In this document: positions 36,005-48,069 of the stretch, piece by piece
Numbering within the stretch: the first letter of the stretch is position 1
Layout: each line of letters opens with the position of its first letter
Assembly (NCBI GenBank): GCA_965645245.1
Contig: OZ287069.1
Location: 1,984,001 to 2,048,000 of the forward strand
Length of the DNA stretch: 64,000 bases
Source of the DNA: Massalongia carnosa
Taxonomy: Eukaryota
Reading direction: 5' to 3'
Translations under genes and position numbers: made by a program
The notes under the pieces: model-generated
Seen by the model: the letters and a program-made list of their open reading frames with translations, nothing else
Databases searched by the model: none
Told to the model about the DNA's origin: nothing

Positions 36005-39000
36005 ATGCATCAACATCCTCGACCGCCGCCTGTCACCGCATCGCCGGCGAACTCGCCAAGAACAAACCCAGCAAGAACCAACAATCCTAGAGAACAGGAA
36101 TCTAGCAGATCGAGAGGAAGCTTCGAGCGACGTACACCAAGCGATCAAGGGATCGGAATGGGGGAAGGCTCGGATGCGTTGATACGAGGTCAGGAAGTTG
36201 GCGGTCAAGGAAGAGACTCGCTGGCGAAGCTAAGTCAGATCATACAGGTATGGTGCTCAAATCCAGAATACTATTGTGTTTTGGCTCGAAATAACTTCAA
36301 TGCACTGCTAAAACGTCGAGTTTCTTTCAGAACTATTTTTCCAAGGCTGCTCTAATCATTCTTCATGCTCGATTCTCGTTACCACCAGCGTACGCCAAAG
36401 GTTCGGACACAAAGAGGGTCAACAAATGGGTAAGTCGGATCACAACTCTCATCATTTTAGACCAACGCAGCGAGGCCTTTCTGAGGGCTTGTGATCAAAG
36501 CTATTGCTAAGCTTAGTTTAGTTTAACGTTGAGCTCGACGAGACGGACGTCATACGAGATGACCTGCGTATCTGGAAGAGTTGCGATGCTATTGATCATC
36601 GGCCGTCGGTGATGGTTATTGAGACATACATTGATACGGAGGAGTTGACAAATAATCAAAGTCTGGTTATCGTTGATGAACAAGGGCGGCGCTGGGACGT
36701 CGAGGACGCGTTGAACGCGTCTCCGTCATCTTCTGCCGGAGGCAACAGTCCGCTAAGAAACTCGGAGATAATATTAGAGCGATGGCAAATCCAGCTGGAC
36801 GAGCCTTCTGCGGAGATCCCCAAAGATCTTGGCCAAATTCTCCCGCGAGCCTACAAGAATAGTATTGTGCTTTTTCGATCGTTGTTTACGTACGCGAAGC
36901 TTCTCCCTGCTTGGAAACTTAGCAAGAAGCTATCCAAACCCAGATCAACTCACAGTCCACCCAAATTAAAGTATCGTATCAAGGAAGAGTCGCCCATCAG
37001 CAGATCATCCAAGGGAGATCCCCTAACTTTGCCCCTTTATGAGACTACAAGCCGTGTTGTTGAAGATTTCGATTTCGATCCCATAGATTCTCCAGCAGGG
37101 GCACTCTCCATCCATGTGTCGTATCGTTCAAATTGCGAATTCAAGATCGCGGATTCTGAGGCGCTTTTGAGCTCGCACTTCATGGGTATGGATGAGCAAT
37201 TTTTTGAACCATCATTGGGCAAAAATTACACTGGGAAACAAGCAGAGAGAGGTTCTAGTGCTCGTGGGATTGAAGCTGGGTCCTTACCCCCCAAGAGAAC
37301 AGATACTGTGGGACGGCCTGATCGAGGCCAGGCATACGGAAGCTTGTCTACATTTCACCAAGTTGGGCCACCTGCAAGTTCAAGCCCCCTTTCAGCACTT
37401 CGGGCTGCACGAGACATGGGATCCCAATCCCCTACAGACCGCCAACCTCAAAAAGGGCCTTCTAGCAACCGATCGGTGCAGGGCTCAAGGTCATCTCTTC
37501 GTTCTACAGATGGTGCTCCCATCGTTGGACGCAGACCTTCAGTATCTTTTATGCCCTTCAAGACGCCTTCACTATCTGCATCACCCTTGCAGACCGAGCA
37601 GATGCCGCCTCCATTATCGCGAGGCTCGCTGGGAAGGACTTCAGCCCTAGGCGCGTTGACTGAAGTGAGAAACCCGTCTAATTTGGGACCCCGTGGTCCA
37701 GTTCCTTCCCGCGGCTCGCCCATCGCACAAGAACAGGTTATCACATCTTCGATATCAAGTTCACCGAAGCCTGGCCATATTACAAGGTATAGCAGCAGCT
37801 TCGGGCACAGGAAAGCCAAATTATCCTCCGGTGGCGGAAGCAGAACAGAGGATGACAACAACAGCAGCGGGAAAGCCAGCATCGCTTCATCTGCTGCGCA
37901 GCCAGGATCTGAAATTCTGGCAGAAGGTGGGGGTGCAAGTTCAGGGTCTATTGCTACGGATGATGATAACATATCGGACTTCTTGAAGATGCTCGATCAG
38001 AAAAAAGACCTAAAAAGTTTTAGAGTTCCTGGTGACAAGATGGCGGCAGATGCATCTACCAGGCGCACGACCGCTGCGCTGACCAAGTTTCAACGAATGA
38101 GGGATTCGAACGCTGCTTTATCTGACTCCATGTCATCATCACTGCTATTACATCGTTCATCGAGCTCATCAAGTCGGCAGCTCTCAAGTGTACCCCCTAT
38201 GGTCGCTGGAACGTCCATATCAACATCATCATCTCCTGGAAAGCCAATCTCACCGCATACCCCCCATACACCGGCCATCCCCTCCCGGTTGAGTGCAAAT
38301 AGCATCATAGAGTATCCTCATCGTGCTGCAGGTATTAGCGAAGACCGATTATTAGGTGGGGAGGAACCGCGCCGTGAGGAACGCTTGCGGACCAATACGT
38401 CGCGTGATCCTAACACTGGAGCGATTGACATACCAACATCCCCCCGACCATTTCATCCTAATTACCGGAGGTCAAGCTCTGTCGCCCAGCAACCTAGGAC
38501 TCTTGCTATAGAGGATGATCTTGATCTCTTTCCCTTTGGATTACGTAGCGCCAGCCTAGGTGCTGACGAACGACCGCAGCTAAGCCTAAGCGCTTTAGCC
38601 GCTCTACAAGAAAATTCCTCAGAGGCTCTTTCTAACGTTGAGAATCCAGGGCCACCCTTTGGGCCGGTTCCCAACCCAGAGGAATGCAACAGCCCCCCCA
38701 TGACTCGTCAGCAATCCTCCTCGCTGGAAGGACGTGAGGAAACTAGCTCTCAACCACAGCGCGGCTTCACTTATCGACCTCGCCTTGGCCGGGGCAGCGG
38801 CAGGGGCCAGACGTCGCCTCACGGCTCCCTATCCAGTCTAGCAGATCGTGGCAGCGGCAGCGAAAGCTCTAATCACCGGGGTGGTCGTTACAGCTACCCC
38901 CGCCCAGCGAGTACGTTTGAAGAAGACGAGCCGTTGCTTTTCGCCATGACTGATTTCGGCACGATTCACCAGCCACGACGAAGTTTAGAAGATCCGAGAG

Positions 39001-39107
39001 GCGGCTCTAGCATGGGAGCAAGTGATAGAGGAGGTGGGGACTCAAGACAGCCTTCCACAAGGAGTCGACGGGCCCCGCATCCGGAAAATCCTGGACGCGC
39101 CTGGTGA
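36005..39107 (+). CDS. ATG13: Autophagy-related protein 13 (HORMA domain plus disordered tail), multi-exon
   Basis: MHQHPR start; QIIQ|NYFSKAALIILHAR; NKW|FNVELDETD; IILERW; YKNSIVLFRSLFTYAKLLPAW; DDDNISDFLKMLD; DEPLLFAM. Confidence 0.93.
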
Positions 39108-40389
39108 TAGTGCTAGTCAGGTGACGGTTTTCCCTCGGGAGGATGACCTTGCTTAATGGGCGTATAGGAGCACCCGAGAATGGCGTTATGGTTTTTGACA
39201 TTGTTCGCTGGCTCGCCGTCGTTCCTTTGCAGCTTTTTGGATGGATGTCTGAATTTGGTTGTTTCACGTGTTGATCTTTGTCTTCCCATACGTTTGATCA
39301 TATCTACATATGTATTCCTGCCAGCTTGCGCTCCAGCGGGCCGAGAAAGATTGGAATGAACGGCTGACTGGCTAGTTAGCTAGACAGGGAGTATTCTATT
39401 TGGCAGAGCAGAGGGGACCTCAAGTGGTTGGGGGTCCTGAATTTGGACAGTTGATTAAGAGTCCTAGTAGAAAAATGGAGAGCGGAATGCAGCATGCACG
39501 GTGGTGATGTAGCGATTATTATTCACCAGTTTTAAATGAACCCGAGATAACTTATCATCCACCACATGAGGGGGGCCTTCAGCGTAGCTAAAGTTCGTTG
39601 TTGGTCTCTTTGTTGGGCATACGTCTCAACTGATTCTAGGATCAACCCGGCCCCAGCATCGACAATACCCGCCAAGTAAGGGCGTGTTGGTAAACGACGA
39701 GCTGATTGGATTGGCTGGAACGTAGAGGACTAAGATGGGAATATTGGGTAGGTACCTATTGACATCCGTGTACTCGTATTTAGGCGCTTAGAGGCATGTA
39801 AGGTAGGCAGTACGGAGTACTCGTTCAGCATCGAGTACCTTGATGCTGTACGAGTACAGAGTACCTACCCGACCTTTGCAAGAGGCATGATTACGTCATT
39901 CGGATCTAGGAGCATGGACCAACTCTAGCCTGAAACGTGAAGTGACTCGAATAAGATCCCAAAACACATTGTAACTCTTCCCCCATCGTTGCAAACCATT
40001 GCGCTACCTCAGACAATTTGCCCCTCCATCAAGCTCACGGTAAGACACCAGATTGAAGTGACGTGTTGGAAAACCATTTCGAGTTCCTCGCAACTTCCTC
40101 GGCCAAAGATCAACTCACAGCTCCCCAAAAGACATGTAACCTTTACCCGCATGCGAAACCTCGGTCTCTTTGGATGAATCCGCTATCATAAGCCTTTTCC
40201 AAGATCAAGAGTAGAACTTCTTGCTAGGCCGGGAAGCAACAGCATCGTTTATCTTACCGTCTTACCTACCCTTGGAGCCTTCCATCCTCCACTGCGCACC
40301 TTTAAAAACGCCGTGACCCTTTGAGGTTATAGCGAGGTGCCAATCTGGGAGTGATTGGAAGGCTTTTGGGAGGATCTCACCGTTGTCAT

Positions 40390-43300
40390 ATGATTGCCGA
40401 TTTGTGGAGGTACTTTTTCGAGAACGATGTCGAGTCTTTCCGGCAATCGCTGGCCATTGCCACTCTCAGTGTATCGACCTCCTTAAAAGGCAGCCACAGC
40501 GCAAGGGGAGTTCATGCAGGTAATGTAGGAAGTCCGTCAGCAGTTCTGGCGACTTCTCCAAACCCGGGGAGCAGGGGCAAAAGGCCTTTTAATGGAAATT
40601 CGTCAGGATTCTCAGGTCCAAGCTCCAGCTCAAAGTTGACCGTGAGCCCAAATTTAACGCGAGCCGACATCAATGGAAAAGATCCACATGGCGTTACTTT
40701 ATTACACAACATCGCATCTTCTACCGCAGAGACCGCTTCCCAATTCGCTGCTGCTCTCCTGCAATTTCCATTGCTAGATCTCTATATTCAGGATAAGGAA
40801 AGCGGATGGACAGCTCTGCACCGAGCCTTGTATTCGGGAAATATCACCATTGCACGCGCATTGATATGTAAGGATACACAAGACGCTCTGGATCACGTCA
40901 ACACGGGGCCAGCTTATATAGTCGGTGGCCTTATCAAGATCAAAGATCATGAAGGCAATAGCCCATTTGATGTCTACGGCGCCTCAACGGCAAAAAGAAG
41001 CATCCGAGAAGGTTTGGCCATCCCGCTTCTTGACGCCGATAGGGACGATGAAGAAACCAACGCCCTTCCTGGAGCAAGCTGTGAGGACAACAACGGTAGC
41101 ACACGGAGTCAGGTGGTCAACCCAAGTACTTGCATCAACGGTGACGAGGTATTCACCTTTGGGAGCAACAAAAACTTTACTCTAGGCTTTGGCGACGAGG
41201 ACGATCGTCAATATCCCGAGCGAGTGTTTCTGAAACGTCCAGATCATTTATTACAACGTTTCCATCACCAATATCAATCTCGAAACCCCGAAAACCAAAA
41301 TCTTGATTCTGTACTACCTACCAAGTCACCGCCTGCGCTGATTCAGTATCGGCCCATAACCATTCAAGATGTTCAGCTTTCGAAGCTTCACTCTGCGATT
41401 CTGACATCTGATCCTGAAGCCAACCTCTATATTTGCGGGTTTGGGCCTGGGGGTCGCATTGGAACCGGCGACGAGGCAACAAGATTCCATTTCGTTTGCA
41501 TTCATGGGGGAGGCTTGGCTGATAAAAAGGTTATACATGTTGGTCTCGGACAAAACCATACCATCGCCATCTCGAGTCAAGGTGAACCCTTTACGTGGGG
41601 CAGTAATTCCTTCGGGCAGCTCGGCTATGCTTCACCTAGTTTAAGTCTCCAAGACAAGGAGCCTATTCAATTGTTGCCACGTCAGATTTTTGGGTCTGTG
41701 AAACGCGAGTTTGTTATCGGAGCTGCCGCGTCTCGAGTGCATAGCGTGATACATACTGCGAGCTCTTTGTTCACATTCGGAAAAAACGAGGGTCAACTTG
41801 GCCTCGTTGATTNNNNNNNNNNNNNNNNNNNNNNNNNNNNNNNNNNNNNNNNNNNNNNNNNNNNNNNNNNNNNNNNNNNNNNNNNNNNNNNNNNNNNNNN
41901 NNNNNNNNNNNNNNNNNNNNNNNNNNNNNNNNNNNNNNNNNNNNNNNNNNNNNNNNNNNNNNNNNNNNNNNNNNNNNNNNNNNNNNNNNNNNNNNNNNNN
42001 NNNNNNNNNNNNCTCCCACTCTTTGCTTAAAAACAGCCATTCATCTACCCGATACAAAGACGCTGATAACCACGTCTGTAAAGTCACGTCTGGGGGGGAC
42101 ACGCTATGTGCCATGTCGAGCATGGGCGATGTGTTTACTGTTAATGTAAGCCAAAAAGCGCGCCCAAGTTCAGTTTCGTCTTCAACAACGAACCCCTCTA
42201 AAATTCGCGGGGCTTTATCCAATCCACAACGAGTCTGGTCTTTGAGAAAAGGCCATATGGCAGTTCGAGATGTTGCCGTTGGCCAAGATGGGTCCATCAT
42301 CATATGTACAGATTCTGGATCTGTGTGGAGGCGCGTTAAGCGGACAACTGTTAAAGATGCAAACGCGCCGGCCGCAGCCGAATACAAAGCGAAAGACTTC
42401 AAGTTTTCTAGGGTTGGTGGGTTGACGAGAGTTACAGCTGTTAGAAGTAGTGCTTTCGGTACGTTTGCTGCCGTGCGGCGAGACTGTGACGTATTGCAGA
42501 CCCAGCTCTTTGTGGATAGTAAAAGTCTATGGAAGGATTTTTACAATCTGCTGCCATTCCAAGCGCTTGGTGCGGAAGACGAGGACTCTGATACCGAGGA
42601 GCCTGCGTTGCGCTTTTGGATACCCAGAAAGCCAGTCAACGACCCTGCTACCATCCGCCATGCCGTCTTAACAATCTCGAACCTTGAAAAAAAGGTTATG
42701 ACGCTGTTAGAGGATACCAAAGGGTTCCAGCAATCAACGTGTGATCTCAAATTCAAGACTACAGCATCTGATGTCGTTCTCCCTGTACATGAGTTTGTTT
42801 TATCAGGGCGCAGCGAGGTCATGAGGGGTGCCTTGAGTACATTCCGTCAGAGTTATTACTTTAGCCTATCAGATGTCATGACAATTGAGTATGATAGCGA
42901 TGGTAAGGTGTTAATCTCATTTCCAGGGGCTGACTTCATCACGGTTCTCAACATCGTTTTGTACATTTATACCGACACCGTGGTTGACGTTTGGCGTCAC
43001 ACCAGGAATTCGCCGGGTTTAGCGTCGAGATATCGCCAGATACGATTGGAACTCATGAATATTGCAAACCATCTTGAGATTACAGGGCTTGAACAGGCCG
43101 CAAGAGTCATGATTGAGCCATCGAAAACATTGCATCAAGACATGGAACGTGCAATTCGTCAGCCAGAATATTTCCAGACAGGAGACGTGGAGATTGAATT
43201 GGATGGAAAAAACATGAGGGTACACAGCGCTCTGATGTGTCAACGATGCCCTTTCTTTGAAGGACTCTTCCACGGCCGTGCAGGCGGCAGTTGGCTTTCT

Positions 43301-44582
43301 TCACGCCGGGCTCAGGTTCAGGAAGCTCAAGAACCCATCAAAGTGGATTTGAAACATGTTGACCCTAGTGTCTTCGAGTATATCTTACGATATCTTTATG
43401 CTGATGCCGACGAGGACCTCTTTCAAGACGTGGTGGTTACAAAATTTGATGCTTTCATTGATCTGGTTATGGATGTCATGTTTTTAGCCAACGAGTTAAT
43501 GCTTGATCGCCTCCAACAGTCGTGTCAAAAGATACTCGGGCGTTTTGGTTGGTCTTCTGAAGGATTTGACCTCTACAGATGCTGATGGATTTAGTCAACA
43601 CCCGTAATGTCTGCCAATTACTCACCGCGATCTCTCCATGTTCTGTCACAGAATTCAAAGATGCCGCGCTGGAATATATCTGTATGAACCTTGAAGGCAT
43701 GTTGGAAAATCAGTAAGTATTCATGGGCTTGTTCTTGGCCATTCTAAAACTTACATGAACTCAGCCTTCTCAATGAGCTCGATGACGATCTGATGCTGGA
43801 GTTGGATGAAGCCGTCAGACAAAACCAACTTGCATGTTTACCGGTTTCGAAGAGCGGTAACGCTGAGGCAGAGTTGTTCGAAACATATCCGGAGCTTCCT
43901 GGCATAATTGAGCGTGGCCGACAGGCCAAAGTTGAGCTACTGGGTCACCATTCTAAATCCCGTGAAGAGGACGCTCGGTATGGCTTTTCAAGAGGAAAGC
44001 TTGTCCTCGTCGTTGATGCAGGTGTGCCATCGTCAGCGCAGCAAGATCGAGAGAGGTCATTCAGGGGTCAAACTAGCGCTTCGAAGAGCCCGTCCCTCAA
44101 GGCACGATCTTCTGCTGCGGATCTTATGTTTGAGATGGATGATGGAGGCGGTTCTGATACAAATCCATTCCCAAATACACCTGCTCAAGAGATTCGTCCA
44201 CGCCGTAGCGGCGAAGAATATCATACGCCCTCTTCGGGTCTAGTTGGAAATCGGTCATGGGCTGATTTGAACGTAGACTCGATAATTGATAATGATGGCA
44301 CTTTAGCAACGTCGCGCAGTCCATCGCGATTCCCCGATCATGTTCGAAGTGAACATGTTTATCAAAATCAAGCAGAAAACGCGAAAGGTACGAAGCCTTG
44401 GGGTACTACTCCTTTAGGGTCTCACAAACTGGACATGAAAGATATCATGGCTCAGGCATCTTTTCACAGAGTCTCAGACATATCCTCGGGTCTATCACAT
44501 CAAATACTAAAAGCAGATATTTCTATGAGCAGTTTCCCCAAGATGTCCCAACGAGCACGCAAGAAGCAGCAGCAGCAGCAGC

Positions 44583-44620
<38 letters not shown>

Positions 44621-45397
44621 AAACCATTTGCTTTAAGCAATATGCCTAAGCTCAATAGTCCACCGGATTACAAAAGCAGTCGTCAAGAAGAGGAGAAACC
44701 AAAATCTCCCTGGCAGATAGCTTTGAAAGGGCCAAAAATTTCGTTGAAAGAAGTCCTCGAAGTAAAAACGCCCAGTTCTCCAACCGCCAGCCCAGGTGCC
44801 ACCCGCACCAAAAGTCCTCTAACGCTTCGTCAAACCATGTCTGGAAATACGACAACGTCAAGACCCACTCCGGGTGGAAGGCAACAAGAATCCATTTCCA
44901 ATCGGAGTGTCTCATCCCCTAATACCTCCCGATCAGAAGCGCCAATACCAGCCCCCTCACGCTCATCGGTCACCATCCACCCACAGCCTCTCTTCAACTC
45001 GTCGAAGCCTAGAACCGTCCAATCTATCTGCCACAACCTTCCAACCCCTGCCGCTGAGCCCTCGCTGCAGCTCTCTATGGCGGATATACTTTCGCAGCAG
45101 CAGACGGAAAAGGACATATACAAGGAAGCAAGGGCAAAGCGGAGTTTACAGGAGATTCAGGAGGAGCAAGCGTTTCAAGAGTGGTGGGATGAGGAGAGCC
45201 GAAAAGTTAGGAGGGAAGAGGAGGAGGCCCTGAAGGTAAAGGGTGGTGAAAGGGGACGAGGAGGGGGCAATGGGAGGGGGAGAGGACGACGAAGGGGTGG
45301 AGAGGGGAGAGGGGGGAGGAAGTGGACCAGGGAAAGGAAGAGGCGGGAGGGGGAGGGAGAAGGGGAGGAGAGGGGAGACGGAGGGGTGAGTGGGTAG
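40390..45397 (+). CDS. Ankyrin repeat / RCC1 / BTB domain protein (S. pombe Btb1 / IBTK-like), multi-exon, spanning an assembly gap
   Basis: QDKESGWTALHRALYSGN (ankyrin); FTFGSNKNFTLG, GFGPGGRIGTG, TWGSNSFGQLG (RCC1); two BTB-like segments (PVHEFVLSGRS, RVHSALMCQRCPFF); KRSLQEIQEEQAFQEWW; RGG-rich tail. Confidence 0.9.
41813..42012. other. Assembly gap (200 N) inside the BTB gene
   Basis: Run of N. The reading frame differs on either side, so 200 is probably a placeholder length. Confidence 0.99.
44567..44620 (+). repeat. (CAG)5(CAA)13 coding microsatellite encoding Q18
   Basis: Read directly; in frame in the last exon of the BTB gene. Confidence 0.97.
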
Positions 45398-45906
45398 TTG
45401 GGGCGTATTCGTAACCATAGCAGTAATTATATAAACAGGAGTCAGAAACATGACTTGATCCTTATGTAATGATAAATGAGTGTTCTGAGCAATTCTGTTT
45501 TGGTAGGACTCAACCCTGCCAATGCTTGAGATGACTAATGCAGTTGATGTTGCGGTTGGAGATTCGATCCTATTTGTTAAGATTCGAGGTTAGGGGAAGC
45601 AAAAAGGAGAGAAATGAAATGCTTGATGAAGATTTAATTATTATATATAAAACCAAACAAAACGATAAATTCTCTCAGAACAGAATGAAGATGAGAAACA
45701 ACTCACCCTCTTGTCCAATTCTCTTATTCCATTAACTTCTCATTTTTTCTCTCTCATCGACTTCCCCCACCTATAGCGCACCAATACATCCATCATCCCA
45801 CTTCCTTTCCCTCTTTTCGTCCGTTTTGTCTTATTATTCCCCCCCTCTACGCAAGCGTTTCCGGGAAGATTGAAAGACTGGCTGGGGGGTAGGGGTGAGA
45901 CTGTTC

Positions 45907-45965
45907 GTGGTGGTGATGATGATGATGATGATGATGATAGTGAGTGAGTGATTGATTGATTGATT
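45907..45965. repeat. Compound microsatellite (GGT)n(GAT)n(GAGT)n(GATT)n in a low-complexity intergenic region
   Basis: Read directly from the sequence. Confidence 0.85.
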
Positions 45966-46708
45966 AGCTGGTAGGGAACGGGAAGAGAGGAAGCCATTTC
46001 TATGATTTTGTGTTGACTCTTCGCCGTCTCCACAGAAGAGAGAACTTAGGGGGTGGCTTGTTGCTTCTGTCTTCTTCGCTTTTCTCTTCCCTCGCAACTG
46101 CGTTCCAACAATCCCAAGAACCATAAACTTTTTCCAAGCTTTATCTTTTCCAGCATATGAAGTCTCACCCCCCCCCCCTTCCTCCTCCTTCGCGCCATGT
46201 CCCCGAACACAGAACCAGCAAAGAACAACGGAACAACAATCGCTTTGTCAAACCCTTTTGTTCATTCGTTTACTTTGTGTGTGTTGGGAAGGAGAAAGAC
46301 AAGAAAAAAAAAGGGGAGGTTGAGGGAAACACAAAGCGAGATCTCTCTCTCTTTTTTTCTTTGATCTGGTTCGCAGGTGGTGGAAAGGGGGGTTTAAATA
46401 AAGTAAGAGCATCATAAAAACGTAGAAAATTCCCGTCGTCTTCTACCTTCCCTCATCCATTCAGTCCAACCCCGCCAACCAATCAGCTAATTTCGCCTCA
46501 CCAACCCACAAAATTTCAGCTCACTAACTAACAGGCACATACGTAATCCTCCCTCCCTCCCTTCCCGAATAAAATGCTATAGAAAAGAAACACCCCCCCC
46601 CCAAAAAACCTATTTTTACTACCCAAAACCAACCAACTAACCCCCAAACAGATCCCCCCCCCCAAACGTCCAGTTCCGTCACCCCACCCAGTTCATTGTA
46701 CCACCGCA

Positions 46709-46855
46709 ATGCCCTCCGACTCCTCCTCCTGGTCCGCCGCAGCCCAGCAGATCATCTGCTGCCGCTGCAGGCGCCTGCTCAATAGCAGCAGCGCGCTCTA
46801 CACGGTGCAGTGCGTGTGCGGACACTGTCGGTGCGGGAGGTGTGAGGTGAGATGA
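46709..46855 (+). CDS. Putative 48-aa Cys/His-rich microprotein (CCxC-x14-CxCGHCxCxxC)
   Basis: MPSDSSSWSAAAQQIICCRCRRLLNSSSALYTVQCVCGHCRCGRCEVR*. Good start context (CCGCAATG) and GC3-rich codons amid low-complexity DNA. It falls below the ORF-track size cut-off. Confidence 0.6.
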   Translation: MPSDSSSWSAAAQQIICCRCRRLLNSSSALYTVQCVCGHCRCGRCEVR

Positions 46856-48069
46856 GGGTAGATGGGGAGGGAATTGGATGGGCTAATGAATGGATGGAAG
46901 AAAGGGGAAACCCCCCCCCCCTAAACGAGAAATTTTAGCCAGGGGCCGGAGGACTGGGAAACGGAAAGGAAGAAGCGGAGGTTAGGGCTCCCTATCTAAG
47001 CTATTGATCGATGGATCGATGGACTGGTTTAGAGAGAAAAGAAAAGGATAAAGATAAAGTGGAGGGAAGGAATTTCCCGGATTCAGTCAAAATTAAGTCA
47101 ATCAATCAATCAAGAAAAGAAAGTGTCAATACAAAGAAGATGCTATACATACCGCTACCTAGGTATTCTATACGAGTGAGTAAGCGAGTACATAATGGAC
47201 CGGAAACGAGCACGAAACGGACAGGAATATGTAAATACCTACATATGTTAACCTACTTGTTTAGCAGAAGAGAGGAGGTTTTGACGATGGAGATCGATCG
47301 ATACTAAAGGGGAATAAAAAACCAAAGTGCGCTGTTAATCAATGAATCTCCTAAATTTAGAAATCTATCGGGTTTTCTCTCTCGCTCTTCTCGGCGTAGG
47401 TGGTTCTCGCTATGTATGTATTCCCGAATCCGGCCCAGCGTCCGGGAATATGTATGTACCTACCTACAGCTAGCCAGTCAGCCAGCCAGGACCGCTGCTT
47501 CCTTTTCCTACCTACTCCTATTTCCACCAGCTTTTTTTTGCTTCCTTTCCGCTGGTTGGGCGGAAGAAGGCGGGGGGGGGGGGTTGGAGCGGAGGGCTGG
47601 AGTGGAGGGCTGGAGAGGAGGAACGAAAGGGGAAGAAAGAAAGAAAGAGAGGGGGGAAGAGGGGGGTGAAGGGGTTTGTGTAACGCTGGCAACAGCAGGG
47701 AGGGGGGATGGGGAGAATGGGGAGGTTTTGGATGAATTGGAAATGGTGCGTGGAGACGAGATCTTGCGGTAACGCGAATTGGAGGTCGCAAAGTGGTTGA
47801 TTTCCTCGAGCCCTGAAGGTTACAAACGGGTAGAATTGTCAGTCTCCAAACGGACATATTGCCGTTACCGTTCACTTCTAAATCACCGCGAGCTCGACTC
47901 ATACGGAGATGGCACGCGTGCTCAGATCCTGTTCTAAATCGTCGTAAGGTCCGCCTCCAGATGCGAGCCCCTGTCATCCACTCCCTTTAGCTAGCGTTTT
48001 GATCGTTGCTGCAGATCATACTCTTTAACCCTCCCCCGGCAGGAAAGCTCCAGCTTTCTCTATTACTCT

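Noticed and set aside
41813..42012. Apparent frameshift in the ankyrin/RCC1/BTB gene
   Set aside because: It coincides with a 200-N placeholder gap, so it is an assembly artefact and not evidence of pseudogenisation.
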